Source of the DNA: Squalus acanthias
Taxonomy: Eukaryota
Reading direction: 5' to 3'
Length of the DNA stretch: 64,000 nucleotides
Assembly (NCBI GenBank): GCA_030390025.1
Contig: JASTWF010000048.1
Coordinates: 248,001 to 312,000, forward strand
How positions within the stretch are numbered: the first letter of the stretch is position 1; each line of letters starts with the position of its first letter. Below are positions 50,197 through 62,405 of the stretch, piece by piece. The notes beneath the pieces are model-generated. The model ran no database searches. It saw nothing but the letters and a program-made list of their open reading frames with translations, and had not been told where the DNA came from. The position numbers were made by a program, and so were the translations under genes.

Positions 50197-51815
50197 AAGA
50201 AAGAATGATACAAAGATGGAAACAAGGCAGAAACGAAAGGATGATAGAAAAAAAGAAAGACAGACAGAATGTAAGAAAGATGAAAGAAAGAAGAAAGACA
50301 GAAAGGAAGGAAGGAAGAAAGAAGAAAAACAAAACATTTAAGAAACAAGGAAAGAATGATCGAAAGAAGCAAAGGATGTAAATAGACTGTCGGGATTTTA
50401 CACACTGACAGTGTGTTGTCTTTCTCCACGGAGACTGAAGATGGCGCTCTAGTAACATGAACTGCACGGTTGCTTGTAATACGGTTTAATGTGGAATAGA
50501 AGAGAGGTCATTTAGTCCCGCTCATGCTGTTTCATAGGAACAGGACAAGTCCTTTAGCCCCTTTAGGACCGTGTACACAGGCACAGGAGTAGACCCATTC
50601 AGCCACACGAGCCTGTTACACAGGAACAGGAGGAGGCCATTCAGCCCCTCGAGACTGCAATGCCAGCCAATGAGATCATGGTTGATGTGTATCTTCATTC
50701 TATCTAACCGCATTTGCTCCATGAACCTCGATACACTTACCCAACAAATATCTATCAATCACAGTCTTGAAAGCTCCAATTGACCCTCAGCCTTAAAAGA
50801 TTCTGGGAGGAGAGCTTTCACATTTCCACTACCATTCTGTGAAGAGGTGATTTTTGACACAATGCCTGAACGACGTAACTCTAAGTTTAAAGTTGTTCCA
50901 CTTAGTTCTGGACTCCCCCACCGGAGGAAATAGTTTGTCTCCATCTACCCTATCAACTTATTTTAACATTTACAAAACGCAATCAGTTCAGCACTGAATG
51001 TTCTATACTCAAAGTAATATAGGCCAGGTTTTGCAATCCTTCCTCATAATTTAATCCTCTTAGTCCCGGGTATCAGTCTGGTGAATCTGCGCTGCATCCC
51101 ATTAGAGCATAATATGTCCTTCCTGAGGTGCGGTACCCACAATTGAACTCAGTATTCTAGATTGGATCTGACCAAGTCTCTATAGGACAGAAGAATAAAT
51201 TCCGGCCCTTTATATTCCAGACCCCTTGAGATAAAGGACAACATCCCTTTAGCCTTTTTGATTCCTTTTTTCCCTTTCTACCGCATTTAGTGATTTGTTT
51301 ACCTTGGCAGTTAAATCCCCTTGCTCCTCCGAAATTCCTAGCTTAACACCATTTAGAAAATACTCTGATCTATCTTTCTTAGATCCCGAGTGGATGACCT
51401 CGCACTTGCCCACTTCTTCCACTGTTCCTTCTTCCACTATTTTGCCCGCTCACTTAATCTCCATGTCCCCATTCCAACTCCCGGTTCCCAGCTGATCTAC
51501 TTACTGCCAATCAGAGACTGAGGGGCCGGGCTGTTCATTGGAGACAGTGGGGAGGGGCCTTCAATCAGAGAAATATGACGGGGGAATTAAATATAGAGGG
51601 CGGACGGGGCTATCAATCATCGAGTGAGGGGCGGGGCTGCCAGTCATGGAGGGAGGGGCGGGGCATTGTATGTTCAATGTTTTCTTATGAATGATAGAGA
51701 ACGTTGCCGTTTACACGCGCCAGTTCGGACCTTGCACACAACAGTTTCATTGCTCCAGTCTCTGGACAGCTTGTTGGTCGAGGGGCTCCCGATCTCAAAC
51801 CCTCTGTCTCGGACA

Positions 51816-52922
51816 ATGCGGACTTGCCTCCTGTCCTGTACGTTGCCGCTGTTCCTATTGGCGGGTAAGTAAAGCGAGAGCTCGGTGTCAGATGGAGGGC
51901 TTCAGCTTTTGAAGCAGGAATGTATTCATGAGCTTGCAAAACAAGTTGTAATTTTCAACAAAAAGAGAAATAATGAATGGATGGATCAGATAATAAGATG
52001 GACAGAAAGATAGAAAGAAAGAAAAAGAAAGACAGAAAGAAAATAGCTAAAACGAAAGAAAGAACAAAGGAAAGGAAGAGAACAGGGTTGTTGGAGCAAG
52101 TAGAATGTATCTGTTTAGTAACACTTAAAGGTGAGAAATTGTGTGAAATAATGGCAGGATGGACATTTCGTTAACAGGGATTCTTCTATAATAGTTGAAC
52201 CAGTGAGTGACATTTCCAAGCCAATCCATATTACAAGGAGAGCTCCACTAAACCTATTGGCTCCTGTCTAATTACAAGGGCCTGCGGCTGTTGACTATTA
52301 ATCTTGTTTTGCCAAATCGACTAAAACCAGAATGTCGCGCGGTGGAGCCGGTAGAATGTGTCTGTAAATGAGCATAGGAATAGGGGGGTGATAGGGTAGA
52401 CAGAGGAAATCATTTCTCCCTATCTAGCCTATACAATCTTTTGGTCAGCTCAATTAGGTTCATGTGAAAATAGAGGAAATACATCGACTGAAATGAAAAG
52501 CAAGTGTGTGAGGGGAAGGGGAGAATCTGTCTCAGTACAGTCAATAATTAAACATGTTATTGTGTCTTATTTCTGGGGAAATAACTGTCTCTCTTTGCTG
52601 TTCAGTCCTATTTGCCTTCCAGGTGTTGGCGGGTCTCAGAAGATAGTACAGTCCCGGGTGTATGTGTCGGTGAGAGAGGGCGAGTCTGTGACTATCCCGT
52701 GTACCCAACGCGGCAGTGATGCTTATATGTACTGGTACCGTCAGGTCCCGGGCCTAGGACTCCAGGACCTCTTGTCTGCGGTAAATGAAGGTGACCCGAA
52801 CAGGTCGGAAGGGATCACGGAGAGATTTTGGGCCAAGAAAACTGCAGATAACTCCTTCGAACTGAAGATATCGATGGTGCGGCCGAACGACACGGCGCTG
52901 TATTTCTGCGCCTGCGGTGATG
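51816..52922 (+). CDS. TRBV: TCR beta V segment, family B; leader 51816-51864, V exon 52623-52922; 23-RSS 52923-52961
   Basis: Canonical CAG acceptor; YFCACGD; CACAGTA-23-ACAAAAACC. Confidence 0.86.
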
Positions 52923-54796
52923 CACAGTAACACACTCAGATTGAACCGTGCTACAAAAACCCACCCGTCTCAGACACCAACCCCCAACTAGTTCTAATGA
53001 TAGATAGACCNNNNNNNNNNNNNNNNNNNNNNNNNNNNNNNNNNNNNNNNNNNNNNNNNNNNNNNNNNNNNNNNNNNNNNNNNNNNNNNNNNNNNNNNNN
53101 NNNNNNNNNNNNNNNNNNNNNNNNNNNNNNNNNNNNNNNNNNNNNNNNNNNNNNNNNNNNNNNNNNNNNNNNNNNNNNNNNNNNNNNNNNNNNNNNNNNN
53201 NNNNNNNNNNNNNNNNNNNNNNNNNNNNNNNNNNNNNNNNNNNNNNNNNNNNNNNNNNNNNNNNNNNNNNNNNNNNNNNNNNNNNNNNNNNNNNNNNNNN
53301 NNNNNNNNNNNNNNNNNNNNNNNNNNNNNNNNNNNNNNNNNNNNNNNNNNNNNNNNNNNNNNNNNNNNNNNNNNNNNNNNNNNNNNNNNNNNNNNNNNNN
53401 NNNNNNNNNNNTCTAACTAACTTGAATAGGTTACAAATTGCTTTTAATTAATTAAAATTTGATGTATCAACTTACTGAATGTCTTTCTTTTACGATATTA
53501 TCGTCATTTAACAACCAGATTGCGTGCTGCAGACAGAACAACACCAGCTTCTCCAGTCTCTCCAGCAAACTGGAGTCGCTCCTCCCTGGTACCATTCTGG
53601 TAAATCTCCGCCTTACATTCTCTGCTCGAAGGAGAATACCCCATACAATTAGGAAATAGTTAATGTTAGAACCCTTGCATTTCTCACCGATGGTTCACAC
53701 TCTGCGAAGGCGAGATGCATCTTCAGATATGTTTGTTTCCGGGACACCTGCCGCATGACGGCGGTTTCAGAATCTGTTGAGAACCGTTTACCCGCTTCTC
53801 TATCAGACTCTAGGGGCCTTTTGATGTGTTTTTCATAGAATCTGCGAATTCAGCTCAGCAAAGAATTAAACCCTTGATTTCTCGCTCAGCACATCGGAAC
53901 TGAAAAATGCACTGCCTGAAACAGGAGAGCATTTTTCCCAGCAACGTTCCGTTTTTCCAAGAATCATAGAATCCTACAGCACTGAAGGAGGCCATTCGGC
54001 CCGTCTGGTCTGATGCGGCTCTTTGAAAGACCTATCCAATTTGAACCCCACCGGCTTCGTCATACCCCTCTTCAATACACCCATTAGCACATCCTTCAAT
54101 TCCTTTCTCTCTCATGTACTTATCTAGCTTCCCCTTAAATGCAACGATGCTATTTGACCCAAACACCCCATGTGGTAGCAAGTTTCAGATCCTCATCACA
54201 CTTTGGGTAAAGAGGTTACTCCTGAATTCCCTCTTGCATGAATTAGTGTATATCTTATAAGGACCCTAAGTTTTGATCCCGATTATCAATTTAGTCCCAC
54301 TCCCCTGCTGTTTCCCCATAGTCCTGTTTCTTCCATATCAAGTTTATATCCAATTCCCTTGAAGATGTTATTATTGAATCTGCTTCCATCGCCATTTCAG
54401 GCAATGCATTCCAGATCATGACAACTCTCTGCAATAAAATGTACGTCTCCTCATCTCCCCGCTGGTCGTTTTGCCTATTATCTTAAATCTGTGCCCTCTG
54501 GTTAACGACCCTCCTGCCAGTGGATTTAGATTCTCCCTATCAACTCTATCGAAACCATTGGTAATATTTAACACCTCTATTTGTCCGTTCCTTAACGTTC
54601 TGTGCTGCACGGTTCTATGAAGTTACAAAACTAGCGAAGGAATGGGATGGGGCGTGGCTTGCACAGGAAGTGACGCAAGAGTGACAATTACAACCGGATG
54701 CTTCGTATTTAATCAGATCCAATCGACAAACTGCCTTTGAACGTGGTATTTAACTGCACTAGTTCGCACAGTGTGCCATTGTCGAATGAATATATC

Positions 54797-55719
54797 ATGT
54801 TTCATGAAGCTCATTATCTAACGTTGATGGTGGCACTGATCCCACGTAAGTCAAAGTAACAAACTTATGCAGAGTTCTTTGTAGAATAATGTATTATAAT
54901 GCCAGCTGTTGTTCAGCTGGTTCAAATCTTGCCTTTGAATCAGAGGATTTGGGTTGGAGTCTTACTCCTGAGACTTGAGCACAAAATCTATGCTGGCAAT
55001 CACGAGACCAGCACTGAGGGAGTGCTGCACTATCGGAGATGCCGTTTTTCAGATAAGGTGTTAAACTGAGCTGCCCTCTCAGGTGGACGTACATGATCCC
55101 ATTGCACTATTGGAAGAAGAGCAGCGAAGTTGTCGCCGGTGACCTGGGCCAACATTAATCCCACAACATACACCAAAAAAACAGATTTACTGGTCATTTA
55201 TTTCAAAGCAGTATGTGGGAGCTTGCTGTGCTCAAATTGGCTTTCTCGTTTCCTTCATTACAACAATGACTGCACTTTAATCAGTACTTCATTGATTGTA
55301 AAGAGCTTTGTGACTTTCTGAGGTCGTGAGTGGCGCTTTATGAATTGAAGATATTTTTCTCTGTAGTCCGTGCTCAAATAAATTATTGGCAAAAATAAGA
55401 AACTAATCGATGTTGCATTCGACAGGAATACTCGCCTCGTACGTGGAGCAGTCGCCTTCTGTCCTATCGATTGGAGCAGGAGAGTCGACCACGCTCACAT
55501 GCACGCTGACTAATACTGGCTATAACGAAATGTACTGGTACAGACAACAACCCGACCGGGCATTAGAAGCTCTTTTCTATTCTGTTGGAGCAGGAGCTGT
55601 TACGAAATACACGACCGAGACTTTTAAGGCCGAAAGAAGCAGCAATACGCTGTTTACTTTGGAACTGAGCGCCGCCTCTCCGTCTCACACCGCTGTCTAT
55701 TACTGTGCTTGTAGTACCG
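54797..55719 (+). CDS. TRBV: TCR beta V segment, family C; leader 54797-54845, V exon 55426-55719; 23-RSS 55720-55758
   Basis: Intact; YYCACST; CACAGCG-23-ACAAAAACC. Confidence 0.87.
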
Positions 55720-56913
55720 CACAGCGTTTGAGAAAGCGGCTCCCCCGCTACAAAAACCTTTTCACTGCTCATTTTCCACCACCAGGTGACAGCACTAGAT
55801 ATTAGTTCAGTGTTTGATTTCTACTTCATTCCTTCCCCGCCTCTCCTCTCTCCAACTCCTTCGTCTCCCGGCCCTCGCATCCCCTATTCCCTCCTCTGCC
55901 CTCCCCGCATTAAATGACTGGGGACAAGATGGTGAGGCGTGTAGTCTGACATCATACGTCATCCACGCCGCGCAACAAGTAACCAATCCGTGCGCTTGTG
56001 ATTGAATCAGGAGGAGTGGAGGGGGATGGAAGTGCGGGGCTGTGGGACCGCGTATCTCTCACTCCTGCTCCACTGTCTGAATCTGGAGATCAGCTCTGAT
56101 CAGCGCACGTTTACATTTCAATGCAGTTTGATTTAAGAGAGAGAGAGAACGCGAGAGAGAGAGAGAACTAGTGAGTGAGGGAGTGAGAGAGACAGAGACA
56201 AAAAGAGAGAGACAGACAGAGACAGAGACAGAGAGGAAAGAGAGAAACAAAGAGAGAGAGAAAGCGAGTGAAAGAGAGGCAGCGAGACGAAAGAGAGACA
56301 GAGAATGATACATAGCGAGTGAAAGAGAGACACAGCGACAGAGAGGGGAAAGAGAGAGAGATAGAGAGAGAGAGAAAGCGAGTGAAAGTGAAACACAGAG
56401 ACAGAGAGAGGAAAGAGCGAGACAGAAAGAGGACAGAGAGAGACACAGAGAGAGAAAGCGAGTGAAAGAGAGACAGAGAGAAAGAGAGGCAGGGAGCGAG
56501 AGACAGGAGAGAGAGTGAGACAGAGAGAGAGACAGAGAAACAAGAGTGAGACAAAAACATACACAGACATAGAGAGAGACACACATGTACGGAGAGACAT
56601 AAAGCGAGAGAGACAGAAACATGCACAGCCAGACAGGGAGAGAGACAGAGAGAGAGAGCCGGATGAACAGCGAGAGAGAAAGAGAGAGAGAGAGAGAGAG
56701 ATTAAGAGACAGAGAGAGAAAGGGGGAGACATTAGCAAACACGTCGATTCCGATTGTTTGAACTGGAGAAAGAGGGTGTATCCGTCCTTCTATTGGTTCC
56801 TTATGCTCTTCATATTTTTCTCAATGATTTGAAAAGATCGCTTTGTCTCCTCTCAACACTCAATGCTCCTGTCTCGCTCCTTCCCTCATTAGAATTAAAC
56901 ATTAAAATAAAAT

Positions 56914-57245
56914 ATCTATCTGTTACTGGGTCTGCTGAACTTGTTCCACCTGAAGAGAAATTTTCAAACAGTAATTATTGTTAACAACCTCCATTTACTT
57001 TCTTTCTTCCTTTTTTCGATCTCTCTTTCTGTCTTTCGCTCTTGCTCCCATTCCCCATTGCCCGAAAGACCCTGTCTACTGACCTCCTCCTCTCCCCGTC
57101 TCTTTCCTGGATGTGAGATCGCAGATTATCCGCCAGACTCCCGCCGCAGTCTCCAAATTACCCCGGGAGCGTGTGGAACTGAAACGCTATGTGAAATCTG
57201 TCAGTAACCATAACATGTTCTGGCACAGGCAATACCCGGGGAAGG
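56914..57245 (+). pseudogene. Family A V pseudogene, 3'-truncated (same lesion as 13428-13756)
   Basis: ATC start, splice sites lost, ends at YPGK. Confidence 0.85.
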
Positions 57246-58812
57246 CTGCTTTCTCTAGAAAAGAGAAGACTGAGGCGTGAGCTGATAGCGAAAATTATGA
57301 AAGATGTTCGATAGGATAAATGTAGGGAAGATATTTCCACTTGTGAGGAAGACCATGCTCGTGGTCATAAATATAAGATAGTCACTAATACGTCCAAATA
57401 GGGAACTCAGGAGAAAACACTTTACCCAGAGAATGGCGAGAATGTTGAACTCGCTACCACAGGGAGTAGTTGAGAGGAATAATATAGTTGCAGTTAAGGG
57501 GTAGCTAGATAAGCACATGGGGGGTGAAAGGAATAGAAGATCATGCTGATCGAGCACAACATCAACCTGTCCTGTCTGAAGTGTTGAGGACATTCAGTCA
57601 TCCGAGGTCAATGGCTTTAAATGGTAGGTGAAGTTCCCTCTGAGCAAAACAAATGAAAATAATCAATGCAAAAAGAAAGAAAAGAAGGTATGAAAAAAGA
57701 AAGAAAGAGGGAAATAAAGATTAAAGTAAAGAAGGAAAGAACGATATAATGGGAAGGGAAAAAACGATAGAAAAAGAAAGACAGAAAGAAAGAAAGTAAA
57801 CACACGGGTGGGTTTTGGTCGACTGACGCTCTGTTTCTCCAAAAGGACAGCAGAGGGCGCTCTAGAACCATGAAAGACATCAGTGCCTGGAACATTGTTT
57901 AATAGGAACACAGGAACAGGAGGAGGCCATTCAGCTCTTCAAGCCTGCCGCGCCATTTAATTTGGTCATAGCTGGAACTTATCTTAAATCCATCGAGCCG
58001 CTTTTGCTCCCTATCTCTTGATCTACTTAGCCAAGAAAAAATCTGTGAATCTCGGTCTAGAAATCTTCAATTGACAGCCAGCACGCTCATCGTTTTCGGG
58101 CAGAGAGTTGAAGATTATTTCTGCCCTTTGTGTGAAGAAGGGCTTCCTGCCCTAACGCCAGAAAGGCTTAGCTCTCACTGTAAAGTTATGCCCCAGGGCT
58201 CTGTCCAACTGAAGCACAAATTCCTCCCTTTTGTATTCCAGCCTCCTTGACATAAAGGCCAACATTCCATGAAGCTGTTTGATTCTTTTTTGCCCCTTTC
58301 TCCTGGCTTTTAGTGATTTGTGTACCTGGCCAACAAAATGTCTTTGCTCCTCGACAGTTTCCAGCTTCTCATTAGTTAGAAAATACTCTGATGTTTCTTC
58401 CTCAGGCCCCCAGTGGATGACCTCATACTTGCCCACGTTCCACGTTAAACTCAACCTGCCGCAGTTTCTTCTCATCCACGTAAGTTGTTTTGGTCAACCT
58501 TGCAACTTCCTGCTCCCGTCTGCTCTGCTTACTGCCAAACAGAGAGGGAGGGGCTGGACTGTCAATTAGAGTGGGAGAGGCGGGACGATGTTTCAGAGAG
58601 TGAGGGGGCGGGTCTGTCAATCAGCCTGGGAAGGGGTGGGGTTGTGAATCAGCCTGGGAGTGGAGGAGCGGTGCTGTCAATCAGAGAGGGAGGGGCCTGC
58701 ATCACTTCTTTCCGCTCGTCAATGATTTGAAAAGGGCGGGTTGGATCCTCACAAGATTCAACGCTCTTGTTTTTGCTGATTTCATTTTTAAAAGAAAATT
58801 TTGAAGTAAAAG

Positions 58813-59314
58813 ATGTATCTGTTACTGAGTCTCATGATCATATTTAAATGTAAGTGATTTTTTCAGACAATAATCTTTGTTAATAACCTTTCTTTAATCT
58901 TTCTTTCTTTCCTTCATTGTTTCCTTCATTCTCTCTTTCTCTCGCTCTTTACTTCTTTCTTCCTCCACAAACCAGAAGGCTCCTGTTTACTGACCTCCTC
59001 TCCCCGTCTCTTTCCCAGTCGTGAACTCAGAGACGGTCCGCCAGACACCCGCCACTCTCTCCAATATTCCTGGGGAGGGAGTGGAACTAAAGTGCGACGT
59101 GGAGGGTGCCAGGAGCGGTACCTTGTCCTGGTACAGACAGGACCCGGGGAAGGGGCCGCAGTTGATGTTTTACTCCTTGAGTAACAATCACGTGGATCCA
59201 AAGGGGACGATGGACGGTTTTACCCCCGAGCGACCGGATGGCAACGAGTTCAAGCTGAAGTCCTCCAGCCTGCAGTCGAATCACTCGGCCGTGTATTACT
59301 GCGCCTGGAGTCTT
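58813..59314 (+). CDS. TRBV: TCR beta V segment, family A; leader 58813-58849, V exon 59019-59314; 23-RSS 59315-59353
   Basis: MYLLLSLMIIFK|GTAAG; YYCAWS; consensus RSS. Confidence 0.9.
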
Positions 59315-61286
59315 CACAGTGACTCAGAGAGATGGAGGAGCTCAACAAAAACCCCAAAGGCGGCAGGAACACCTGTTGATGATGAAACAGCGCGGTGCCT
59401 CGTCCTGTTGGTTTTATCTTGCAGAGCGAACGTGTTCTTGACAAGAATAACAGACGGGCTGGAATAAAGCGAGAAATTAGATTAAAAAGGACACTGGAGT
59501 AGCTGCAATGAAAGATAAGTTAAATATAGTGAAGAACGATAGAACAAAAGGAAGATAGAAATAAAGAAGGAAAGAAAGAGAGGGAGAACGAAAAACGAAA
59601 GAAAGACAGAACGAAAGAATGATATAAAGAAAAAAACATTTATGAAAAGAAGGAAAAAATAAATCAGGATCGACAGAAAGAAAGGAAGAAAGATACACAG
59701 AAAGAAAGGAAGAAAGAAAGAAAGATAGAAAAAGGAAATAAAGTAAAAAGACTGTGAAGCATTTACACACTGACACTGTGTTTTCTTTCTCCACAGAGAC
59801 TGAAGAGGGCGCTCTAGGACCATCAAACAAACGGTTGCTTGTAATATGGTTTAATATGGAATAGAAGGAGGTCATTCAGCCCCCTTGAGCCTGATACATA
59901 GGAACAGGTCAAGGCCATTAAGCATCGTCGAGACCGTATACACAGGTACAGGAGAAGGCCCATTAAGCCACACGAGCCTCTTACACAGTAACAGGAGGAG
60001 CCCATTCAGCCCCTCTCGTCTGTTACATAGGAACAAGAGGAGGACATTCAGCCCCTCGAGTCTGTTACATAGGAACAAGAGGAGCACATTCATGCCCTCG
60101 AGTCTGTTCTGCAAGCCAATTAGATCATGGGTCATGTGTATCTTCCTTCTGTCTAACCGCATTTGCTGCATGTACCTTGATAACCTTACCCTACAAATAT
60201 CGATCAATAACAGTCTTAAAAGCTCCAATTGACCCTCACCTTCAACAGACTCTTGGAGGAGAGAGTTACACATTTCCACTACCATTGTGTGAAGAGGTAG
60301 TTTTTCACACAAGGCCTGAACAACCTAACTCTAACTTTAAGGTTACTCCCCCCTGTTCTGGACTCACCCACCAGAGGAAATAGTTTCTCTCTATCTACCC
60401 TATCAACTTATTTTAACATTTACAAATCTCAATCAGTTCAGCCCTGAATCTTCTATACTCAAGGTAATATAGGCCATGTTTTGCAATCCTTCCTCATAAT
60501 TTAACCCTCTCAGTCCCGGGTATCAGTCTGGTGAATCTGCGCTGCATCCCCTCCAAGTCTAATATATCCTTCCTGAGGTGCGGTTACCAGAATTGAACTC
60601 AGTACTCCAGATGGGGTCTGACCAATTCTCTATAGGACAGAAGAATAACTTCCTGCCGTTTGTATTCCAGACCCCTTGTATAAAGGATAACATCCCTTTA
60701 GCCTTTTTGATTGATTTTCCCCCTATCTACCAGCATTTAGGGAATTTTTTACCTGTACACTTAAATCCCTTTGTTTCGCCGCAAATCCTAGCTTAAAACC
60801 ATATAGAAAATACTCTGATCTATATTTCTTAGGTCCCAAGTGGATGACCTCGCACTTGCACACGTTAAATTACTTCTTGCACTGTTTTGCCCGCTCACTT
60901 AATCTCTAAGTCCCTTTTGCAAATCCCGGTTCCCATCTGTTCTACTTACTGCCAATCAGAGAGGGAGGGGCAGGGCTGTTCATTGGAGTAGGTGGGGAGG
61001 GGCTGTCAATCAGAGAGGTATGATGGGGCAGTCTAACAGAGAGGGCGGACGGGGCTGTCAATCATCGAGTGAGGGGTGAGATCGTCAGTGATAAAGGGGC
61101 GGGGCGGGATTGACAATCATAGAGCGAGGGGCGGGGGGCATTGTCCCTTCAGTGTTTTATGAAATAGAGACCGTTGCCTTTTACACGCACCAGTTCGGTC
61201 CTTGCACACAGCAGTCTCAGTGCTCCAGTCTCTGGGCCGCTTTTTGGGTCGAGGGGCTCCCGGTCTCAGACCCTCTGTCCCGGACC

Positions 61287-62405
61287 ATGCGGACTTGCCT
61301 CCTGTCCTGTCCGTTGCTGCTGTTCCTATTGGCGGGTAAGTAGAGCGAGAGCTCCGTGTCACATAGAGGGCTTTAGCTTTTGGAGTAGGAATGTATTAAA
61401 GAGCCTACAAAACAAGTTTTCATCAAAAAGAGAAAGAAAGAGAGGATGAGATAAAAAGAAAGATAGAAAGAAAGAAAGATAGAAGGATGGAAAGATGGAA
61501 AGAAAGAGAGAAAGAAAGAAGAAAGACAGAAATAAAAAATGAAAAAAAGAAAGTGGGAAACGAAGAGAACAAGGTTTTTGGAGCAAGTAGACTATATCTG
61601 TTTAGTGACACATAAAGGAGATAAATTGTGTTCAATAAAGGCGGGATGGACATTTAGTTAACTGGTTTAGTTCTATAATATTTGAACCAGTGAGTGACAT
61701 TTCCACGCCAATCCAGCTTACAAAGAGAGCTCCACTAAACCTATTGGCTCCTGTCTAACTACAAGTGCCTGCCGGTTGAGACTATTAATCTTGTTTTGCC
61801 AACTCGACCAAACCAGGATGTCGCGCGGTAGAGACGGTAGACTGTATGTTTTAAGGAGCAGAGGAGCAGGGGGGTGATAGGGTAGATAGAGGAAATAATT
61901 TCTCCCTATCTAGCCTATCCAATCCTTTGATCACAATTAGATTTCAGTGAAAATACAGAAAATACATCGATTGAAATGAAAAGTAAGAGTGTGAGAGAAA
62001 GGGGAATATCAGTCACGGAACAGCTAATCATTAAACAGGTTAATGTGTCTTATTTCTGGGGAAATAACTGTCTCTCTTTGCTGTTCTTTCACGTTTTGAT
62101 TCGAGGTGTTGGCGGATCTCAGAAGATAGTGCAGTCCCGGGAGTATGTGTCGGTGAGAGAGGGCGAGACTGTGACTATCCCGTGTACCCAACGCGGGACT
62201 GATTCTAACATGTACTGGTACCGTCAGCTGCCGGGCCAGGGTCTCCAGAACCTTCTGCAAGCGGTGTATGAAGATGATCCGAGCAGGTCGGACGGGATCA
62301 CGGAGCGATTTTGGGCCAAAAAAACTGCAGATAACTCCTTCGATCTGAAGATCTCGATGGTGCGGCCGAACGACACGGCGCGGTATTTCTGCGCCTGCAG
62401 TGATG
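61287..62405 (+). CDS. TRBV: TCR beta V segment, family B; leader 61287-61335, V exon 62106-62405; 23-RSS 62406-62444
   Basis: MRTCLLSCPLLLFLLA|GTAAG; YFCACSD; CACAGAG-23-ACAAAAACC; GAG acceptor. Confidence 0.82.
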
